64,000 nt of DNA, from assembly GCA_951406725.2 (NCBI GenBank), contig OX597816.1:176266001-176330000 (forward strand), in the 5' to 3' direction. Positions 55,568-64,000 of this stretch are shown piece by piece. The position numbers were made by a program, and so were the translations under genes. Below the pieces are notes generated by a model. The model had not been told where the DNA came from, ran no database searches, and saw nothing but the letters and a program-made list of their open reading frames with translations. The stretch is from Octopus vulgaris (taxonomy: Eukaryota). Every line of letters begins with the position of its first letter. Position 1 is the first letter of the stretch.

Positions 55568-58500
55568 CATCGTTTAACGTCCACTTCCCATGCCTGCATT
55601 GGTTAGGTGATTTAACTGAGGATTGGCGAACCAGATGGCAGCATCAGGCTCCAATCTGGATGCCCTAACTAATGCCAACCACTCCGAGAGTGTAGTGGGT
55701 GCTTTTACGTGCCACCGGCTCGAGGGCCTTCAGGCGGTACTGGCAATGGTCACATTCAAATGGTGATTTTTACATGCCACCTGCACAGGAGCCAGTCCAG
55801 CAGCACTGGCAACAACCTCGCTTCAGTATTTCTTCATGTGCCAGTGAGGCGACGCTAGTAATGCTCATGCTCGAGTGGTGCTTTATATGTGCCACCGGCA
55901 CAGAAGCCAATCAGCTGCTCTGGCAATCATGCTCAGATTGTTCTCTTAGTGCTCTACTAGCATGGATATCAGTAATTGAATTTGATTTCGATTTCACCTT
56001 CCTCAACAGCTCTTCGCAAGCAGAGTTTAGTGTTCAATGAAGGAAAGGTATGCATAAGTGGGCTAGTTATACCCCTGGCATAGGCCATGGGTTGTGGTCT
56101 CACTTGGCTTGCCAGGTCTTCTCAAGCAGAGCATATTTCCAAAGGTCACGGTCACTAGTCATTGCCTCAGTGAAGCCTAATGTTCAAAGGTCGTGCCTCA
56201 CCACCTCATCCCAGGTCTTCCTTGGTCTACCTCTTCCACAGGTTCCCTCAACAACTAGGGTGTGGCACTTTTTCACATAGCTATCCTCATCCATTCTCGC
56301 CACATGACTATACCAGCGCAGTCATCTCTCTTGCACACCACATCTGATGCTTCTTAGGTCCAACTTTTCTCTCAAGGTACTTACATTCTGTCTTGTATGC
56401 ACACTGACATAACACATTCAGCAGTGCATACTGGCTTCATTCCTTGCAAGTTTACACATATCCTCAGCAGTCATGGCCCATGTCTCACTGCCATGTAGCA
56501 TTGCTGTTTGTACACATGCCTCATACAGCCTACCTTTTACTCTGACCACGAAGGCCTTTGTCACCAGTAGAGGTAAGAGCTGTCTGAACTTTGCCCAGGC
56601 TATTCTTTTTCTAGCAGCTACACTTTCATTGCACTCACCCTCGCTACTGACTAAATCACCGTTCTTCTCCCTGGTATGTAGCAGAAGTTGTTCTCTGACC
56701 ATTTTCAGTGTTTATTGCTCCTGAGCATCTGCCACATACAAAAACTATCTTCTCAGCTAGCCTTCCTTTGACATTGCTGCACCTCTTATGTGTCCATAGC
56801 TTACACTTGGTGCATCTCATACAGTTTCTACCTATACCTTTTCTACAAATCGAGCAGGGCCATCTACCTGAAGGGATTTGTGGCTTGTCTGCCTTCCTAC
56901 TTATTAGGACTTTGGTTTTAGCTAGGTTGATACTAATCCTTGCTTCCACACCTGAAACTTCTCCTCCAGTTCTGATAGTGACTCAGCAATTAGAGCAAGG
57001 TCATCAGCATAGAGGAGCTCCCAGGGGCATCCTATCTTGAATTCCTGTGTTATTGCCTGGAGGACTATGATAAATAGGAGGGGGCTGAGGACCGAACCTT
57101 GGTGGACCCCTACCTCCACCCGGAATTCTTCACTGTACTCGTTCCCAACCCTCACCTTACTGACAGTGTCCCTGTACATGGCTTGCACAGCTTTCACTAA
57201 CCATTCATCTATCCCTAGTTTTCTCATTGACCACCTGATAAGGGATCGGGGGACCCTGTCGAAGGCTTTCTCCATGTCAACGAAAGCCAGGTACAGAGGT
57301 TTATCTTTGACTAGGTATTTCTCCTGCAGCTGCCTTACCAGAAATATAACATCAGTAGTACTTTTCCCTGGCATGAACCTAAACTGCATCTCATCCAAAC
57401 TGACTCTCTCTGTAATTAGTTGGGCTATGACCCTCTCCGTGACCTTCATTACCTGATCCAACAACTTGATACCTCTGTAATTATTTGTATCTAGGGTGTC
57501 ACCTTTACCTTTGTAGCATTTGACTATGGTGTTGCTACACCAGTCATTGAGTATGACCCCTTCGTGTATCTCCTGGTTAACTATACGGGTGACTAGGCTA
57601 TAGCCAATACCGCCAGATATTTTGAGCATCTCTGCGGTGATTCCTGATGGGCCAGAGGCTTTCCCTGTCTCCATACTCTTAATTGCTTTATCTACCAAGG
57701 TACTGTCAATTTGGATAGCTGGTTCCGCTGTTGGGTCGACATTCGATAGATTCTCTTTCTCCCATTCATTCTCTTTATTGAGCAACCTTTCATAGTGGCA
57801 TCTCCAAACCGCTCTCTTTGCATCCTCATTCAGCGCAAAAGAACCATCATCCATGCGGACACATTTCTCTCCTACAACATCACAGTTCTCACTCACACAC
57901 TGTCTTGCAACACGAAATACCTCAAGTCTTTGGTCCCCATGGTGCAGAACATGGGCAAATTTCTTCTTACCTGCTTCCCTTCTGGCTAAATAATCCTGTC
58001 TCCTAGCTTCCCTTCTGCTAGTCTGATACAATTCCCTGCTACCTCCGTTCTTCCAGTCCGTCCAAGCCTGTCTCTTTTCTCTAATAGCCCTGTCAACAAC
58101 ATTGTTCCACCACAACGTTATTTTGGGTTGAGAGGGAACTTTACACCATCCACAGATCTGGTCAGTTGCCCTCAGCAGGTTGTCCCATAGAACCCTCCAT
58201 TTGTCTTCCACATCGTGTGATGCTATATCCCCTTCTATTTCGTCAAAGGCTTCGAGTAATACATCTCTAAATCTCTGTCCATTTGCAGGATCTTTAAGCT
58301 CCCAGACCTTTCTCCTCCATGCTGGTCGTCTTCTGGCCATCCATTTGGCCCTGATCCTGAAGTCACAAACTACCAGTCTATGTTATTGGGTACATTCTTC
58401 GCCCGGGAAGGTTTTGGCATTTATAAGCAGCCATCTTCCCCTTTATTTGGTGAGGATGTAGTCAATTTGGTTAGTGTGTCTGCCAGAATGGTAGGTGATT

Positions 58501-58968
58501 AGATGACTGGCAGGTTTCCTGAAGTTAGTATTGCAAACCATAAGATCATTTGCATCGCAGAACTCCAGCAGCCTGGTTCCCTCCTCATTGCAGGAACCAA
58601 AACTGTAGCCTCCATGTATGCCATGGAAGTCCCCTGTATGTTGTCCGACATGTCCATTGAAGTCATCAGCCACAAAGAGAAGGTCCCGTCATTCGTCAAC
58701 AAGGTAGTCTGCAGGAGGGTGTCATAAAATCGGTCTTTCTGTCCATCAGGTAGCCCCAGCTGAGGGGCATAGGCCGAGATAATGGTTGCTAACCCATGAT
58801 GAAGTACTAATCTAATCTGAAGTATTCTGTTGCATACTCTGACTACTTCGATTACCTTATCCACCCATTTCTCCACAAGAAGTATACTCATGCCCCTGAC
58901 CCTGTCAGTGTTCTCGGCCCAGAAAATCTTATACCTGTGAGGAACCTAGCGGAACATCCTCTCCACCT
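55566..58968 (-). mobile_element. RTE-clade LINE, nearly full length, older and decayed
   Basis: ORFs 58499-58891, 58443-58673, 56922-58340, 56656-56949 and 56418-56702 are collinear with the 50-53 kb copy. 3' terminus at 55566. Confidence 0.95.
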
Positions 58969-59039
58969 TACTTCTTGGAGGCAGCACTAATCGACATGTG
59001 TGTGTGTGTGTGTGTGTGTGTATCATCACTAGTGTCTTC

Positions 59040-60496
59040 CATACTGGCATCAGTTGGGTAATTTGACAGTAAGTGGCAAGCCAGAGGTCTGCACCAGGAA
59101 ACCTCTGACAATAAAGAGGAAGAGGTTGTGACATATAACTTAGAAGTGAATTGGAAGATCGTGCAGGACAATCTACTGAGGGCTGCAGGCCAAATCTGTG
59201 CTTTGTGCAAAGTTCCAACTAGACCATAGGTGACATGGTGGTGGAACAATGAAGTGGACAGCACTATGAAAGCAAAGCGAGAGGCCTGGAATGGTATGCT
59301 TGCACTTAGTGATTCAGAGAAGAAAGATGAATGGAAGTGCCATTGCAAAAGGTTACTAAATGTGGAAAATGAATGGGAGAAGGAGAGACTTTCATATATT
59401 GAACCAATTGAGGGACCAGCCATCAGAGTTGATAGCAGCATAATAAATAAGGCAATTAAGGATATGAAGACAAGGAAAGCCCCTGGGCCATCAGGAATCA
59501 CTGCCAAGATGATTAAAATATCTGGTGGTATAGGATACTGCCTTGTCACCTGTATAGTTAATCAGGTTATTCAAGAAGGTGCCATCCCCAATGACTGGTG
59601 TAGTAATATTATAGTTAGCTGCTACAAGAGTAAACGTGATACCTTAGATAAAAGCTACTGCAGATGTATCAAACTGTTACATCAGGTCATGAAAGTTACT
59701 GAGAAGGTTATAGCTCAATTAAGAATAAACTTAAACTAGATGAGATGCAGCTTGGTTTTGTACCTGGGAAGAGTATCACTGATACCATCTTCCTAGTGAG
59801 ATAGCTGCAGGGAAAATATATGGCCAAAAGTAAGCCATTGTACTTAGCTTTCGTCAGCCTGGAGAAATCTTTCAATGGAGTCCTTGCTCTGTTATCTGGT
59901 GGTCTCTAAGGAAGCTAAGAGTAGAGAAGTAGCTGGTTAGAACTGTACAAACCATGTAGGGTGGTGCTGTCAGTAAGATGAAAGTCAGCCACAAATACAG
60001 TGATGAATTTAGCGTACAAGTAGTGGTTCACCAAGGTTCAGTTCTCAGCCCACTCTTATTCATTATAGTCTTCCATGTATTAACAGAGGAATTTCTCTCT
60101 CTCTCTCTCTGACTGGGTAACCATGCACCTCCCCTTCAGCAAGACCCCTGCTTCTGTCTATGTCTCACTATAACCTTTCATCATCTGACACAAGATCACC
60201 TCCTCTGATGCTCCCTCCCCTCTCAAAGGATCTTTTTCTTGCAAGTTACGTGGTGACCCCTGCCAGTGCTGGTGCCACTTAAAGAGCATCCAGTCCACAC
60301 TGTAAATTGGTTGGCGTTTGGAAGGGCATCCAGCTGTAAAAACCATGCCAAAACTGACCTCACCTGTGCTTGTGCCATGTAAAAAGCACTTGGTACACTC
60401 TGCTGGGTGGTTGGTGTTAGGAAGGGCATCCACCTGTAAAAACACCATCTAATCCATGCTAGCATAGAAGGCGGATGTTAAATGATGATGATGATC
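59040..60496 (+). mobile_element. Old RTE LINE fragment in opposite orientation, with 3' UTR and (GAT)n tail
   Basis: ORF 59230-59739 (TWWWNNEV...KAPGPSGIT...IPNDWCS). caccaaggttcagttctcagccc at ~60030. Tail gttaaatgatgatgatgat at ~60477-60495. Confidence 0.85.
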
Positions 60497-60699
60497 TTCC
60501 AGCCACTTTGCAGAGTGTACTGAATGTGTTTTATGTGATACCATCACTAGCAAAGTCCCCAAGTAACTTGCAAAGCAAAGATTCAACAGAGAGGGTGAGT
60601 GGTGTCGAGTGAGGTATCTTTGTCCCAATTAATGAGAGGTTAATCGATGACAGTGGGAGAGAAACAGGTATCCTGCTGTATGGGAGATACATAATTGCA

Positions 60700-61933
60700 C
60701 CAGTCAGAGAGGTCTCATTGCCACTGTGTCACTCTCAACATGTCTGGGACTTTGCACCATCTTCAACTTTGGTTTGTAGTCCTGGAAACTTCCAGTTGTC
60801 CTCTAAGCTATATTTTTCTGACTCCTCCTTCATGTCTTTCATTAGAATATCTGTAAATTTCTGTCAATTTTCCGGGTCTTCCATAACCTTCTTTTCTACA
60901 CTGGTTCGTTTCTCTGAGTACTAACTCTAGTCCTGAAGTCACTAACTACTAATTTATGTTGAGTTGTACATTCTTCACCTCGGAAAGACTGCATTTATAA
61001 GCATTGGCCTATCTCATCTGATGAGAATGTAGCTACCCTATCCTCTCTTTTGGCCAAGCTGCAGCCCTAGCTCCTTTCTCTGTCTCCTCTCTGACACTTG
61101 CTCTAGATGGTGTACAAGATTGAAGGAATTGTAATCCATTGAGTAAATTAACTACAACAGAGATGGTTGGCTTGTTTCCTGAAGTTAGTACTGCAGATTA
61201 TCAGAATATTTGTATCACAGAACTCCAGCAGCCTTGTTCCTTCCTCATGCCTAGAGCCAAAGCCATAAACTTCATGCACACTTTGAAATCCATGGGATTG
61301 CTACCCAACATGTCTTTTGAGGTTACCAGCCACAATAACCAAATCTCTGTCATTTGTCATTGAGATAGTCTGCAAAATGACCTCATAAAATTGGTCCTTT
61401 TGGTCATCTGCCAACCCAAACTGAAATAGGTGTAGAGATAAGTTGATATATTTAAGATTAATCTCAGCTTAAAACGTACTCCGACTACCTCAATTACCTT
61501 ATCTACCCATTTTTCTACCAAAAGTATGTCTATACCACCCACCCCATCACTGCTGCTTACTCAAAAGAATTTGAATTTCTGTTTCTTATCCATGAGGGAT
61601 CTAGCAGAGTCTTCCATCCATCTTTATTCTTTTGCACCACACATGTCTACATGCTGTCATTCTAGTATTTCAATAATCTTACAGGAAGAATATTCCTGCC
61701 AACAATGATATGGAGACCCTGAAATTGTGGATTAGTAAGGAAGAGTAGGAAGACAATCATTGTGAACTCATTTCAGCACCCGAAAGGAAGACTTTCATGA
61801 ACACTCATGGTAGAGGGCTGTGGTACATAGTTAATTTACTCAATGGACTACAATTTCCTCACTCCTGTACACCATCTAGAGGAAGGTGCTAGGGCTGCAG
61901 CTTGACCAGAAGAGAGGATGGGGTGGCTACGTA
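60700..61933 (-). mobile_element. Old RTE LINE 5' part (APE region)
   Basis: GGIDILLVEKWVDKVIEV (ORF 61357-61542); GNLKRHVG- and NFRK-like remnants collinear with the younger copies. Confidence 0.78.
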
Positions 61934-62301
61934 GGAAGGTTTACATATTTATTTACATCCTGCAAATACAATTTACAGATGCATATAGCTCTCATACACA
62001 TATGTAATGGCTAGGGTAAAATCACCCAAATATATTTATATATACAGGACAAGTTGAGTGTATAATTTGTCCTGTCATTTTGTTCATACCTTCAGGACAT
62101 GACACTAGTAACATAGAAAAATATTTATCCTTATATGTTTTGAGAACTCAAAGTGCTGTGGTGTCATGACGTTCTCTGAGAATCTCTATTTCCTGATGCC
62201 ATACATATATCCACTGAATCTTTTGTTTAATTTTTCTGTTGTACAGCCATCATGATTCAAGTTGTTTCTGGTGCATTCAACTGTGTAAACTAAATGGGAA
62301 T

Positions 62302-63780
62302 TGTTACATGTTTCACCCTCTGTTTAAATCATAACATTTCTATTATAAAGTGGTCTTTTGTTACTGTTGTCGCTCTGACAGATATTGCTATATTCTAAAG
62401 TTATCGATAGGATGTCTCTATCAGACACTGTAAGACCCCCAGTCATACAGTGTTGTTAACCTCAAAGGGTTGGATCATTATAACGCCCACTTGGATTTGT
62501 AGTGGAAGCACTCCGTCGATTACGACAACGAGGGTTCCGGTTGATCCGATCAACGGGACAGCCTGCTCGTGAAATTAACGTGTAAGTGGCTGAGCACTCC
62601 ACAGACACATGTACCCTTAACGTAGTTCTCGGGGATATTCAGCATGACACAGAGAGTAACAAGGCCGGCCCTTTGAAATACAGGTACAACAGAAACAGGA
62701 AGTAAGAGTGAGAGAAAGTTGGGGTGAAAGAGTACAGCAGGGATCACCACCACCACCCCCTGCCGGTGCCTCGTGGAGCTTTTTTAGGTGTTTTTGCTCA
62801 ATAAACACTCACAACGCCCGGTCTGGGAATCGAAACCGCGATCCTACGACCGCGAGTCCGCTGCCCTAACCACTGGGCCATTGCGCCTCCACTGGATTTG
62901 TAGTATAATTACTAGATCAGTACAGATACGACTATCAACAGTCTGCACATACTCTCTCGATACCGGCCAACGTCACCTTACTTATAGTAACTGCCTCATG
63001 CTCATCCCATGGGGCGTACCATTATTACTAATTCCCTACATCTCCCTTTTAAAGTTTTTCTTAGGAAGTGTCATTTTATTTCACAATAATATTTTTATTC
63101 ACCCCACTTCCTTTTTTTGAGCTCTTTTTTCGAACAATTTAATATTTTTTTCTCTTGGTATCTATTTTCAGGAATTCTGTTTTCTTTTCCTTTCACTTGT
63201 ATGCCTAGGTTCAATCCCCTGCAGTGGCATTGGTACTTGGAACATATTGTACAGCCATTCCATCAGTCCCTCCAACTTCTTTGGTTCGCTTTCCATGAAT
63301 CTCTTTTTCACTTGGTTCCCGTGTCTCTTTTCTATACCTTTTCTATTTTTTACCCTATGCATCATTTTACCTATGTATTTGATAATTTTGCCTTCTTCCC
63401 AGTTCTGCTTTCCATTTTTGTATGTCCTCATATACACCCTCTCACCAACTTTAAAAAATCTTGCTATGTCTTCCCTGGCGCTTTTTCTTTTCTTGGCAGG
63501 TAGCAATTTATCAAAAACTGATTTTACTTTCCTTGCAAGCATCAGCTCCACTAATGAGCTAACTGCTGATGTATTCGGATTTGGTGTTACATGGTACACT
63601 CTAAAAATTCTTGAAGAGCTACCTCATCCATGCTTTCTTTATTTGCTTTTCTTAAAACTCTTTTGAAGGTATCAACAAAGCATTCTGCTTGCCCATTAGA
63701 TCTGAGATGGTATGGTACTGTAGTTATATGTTCTACTGTGAACAGTTCACAAAATTTTAAAAATTCACTTGACACAAATT
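62302..63780 (-). mobile_element. Ty3/Gypsy LTR retrotransposon 3' end: integrase remnant, PPT and probable 3' LTR (interrupted by the SINE)
   Basis: ORFs 63587-63775 (PYHLRSNGQAECFVDTFK) and 63168-63599 (YHVTP...ELMLARKVKSVFDKL...FKVGERVY...KRHGNQV). Polypurine tract aaaagggaga (63050-63041, minus) is directly followed by TGTAGG. The LTR end at 62302 (..taaca) is tentative. Confidence 0.8.
62504..62892 (-). mobile_element. tRNA-derived SINE, family B, with a 12-bp TSD
   Basis: TSD tggatttgtagt at 62492-62503 and 62893-62904; A/B boxes in the head. Confidence 0.93.
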
Positions 63781-64000
63781 ACATTCTATTGTCCTCAATT
63801 ATGTGTCCTATGTATTTTTTTTTTCTTTCAGTAAGAAATTACACTTTTCCTCCACACAAAAGGGAATCTGCTTAAATTTAATATAAACCATGGTGTGTGT
63901 TAATTTTTTAACAAATGTATGCATGTGGGACTAAAAAGTGTTCACCTTTGTTGAAAAATCTTCACAAACTCTTTGTTTGTCATCCTTCTTTTTCATGTAA

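Overview
AT-rich eukaryotic DNA made almost entirely of repeats. The SINE, RTE and microsatellite content points to an octopus (coleoid cephalopod) genome; this is inferred from repeat families recalled from memory. I cannot support any host protein-coding exon, and all long I/Y/C/V/H/T-rich ORFs are microsatellite translations. Contents: a >4.5 kb GAGTAAA/GAGTAAAA array; two decayed Chapaev3-type transposons; two Tc1/mariner relics (DD41D- and DD34D-like); two tRNA-derived SINE families; a near full-length CR1-group LINE plus fragments; a HERO-like RLE retroelement with a 45-bp target duplication; a cluster of RTE LINEs, one only two lesions from intact; four non-autonomous Helitrons; a Penelope-like relic; hammerhead-ribozyme-like motifs; a hairpin-terminated element; an interstitial (CCCTAA)n tract; and a Gypsy integrase/LTR end. 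The most notable pattern is a linked set. The main SINE and the CR1-group LINE share a two-hairpin 3' end with compensatory base changes, and that SINE's 3' tail unit matches the unit of the giant satellite at the window start. Family names come from motif recognition only; no database search was run, and element boundaries are approximate where stated.
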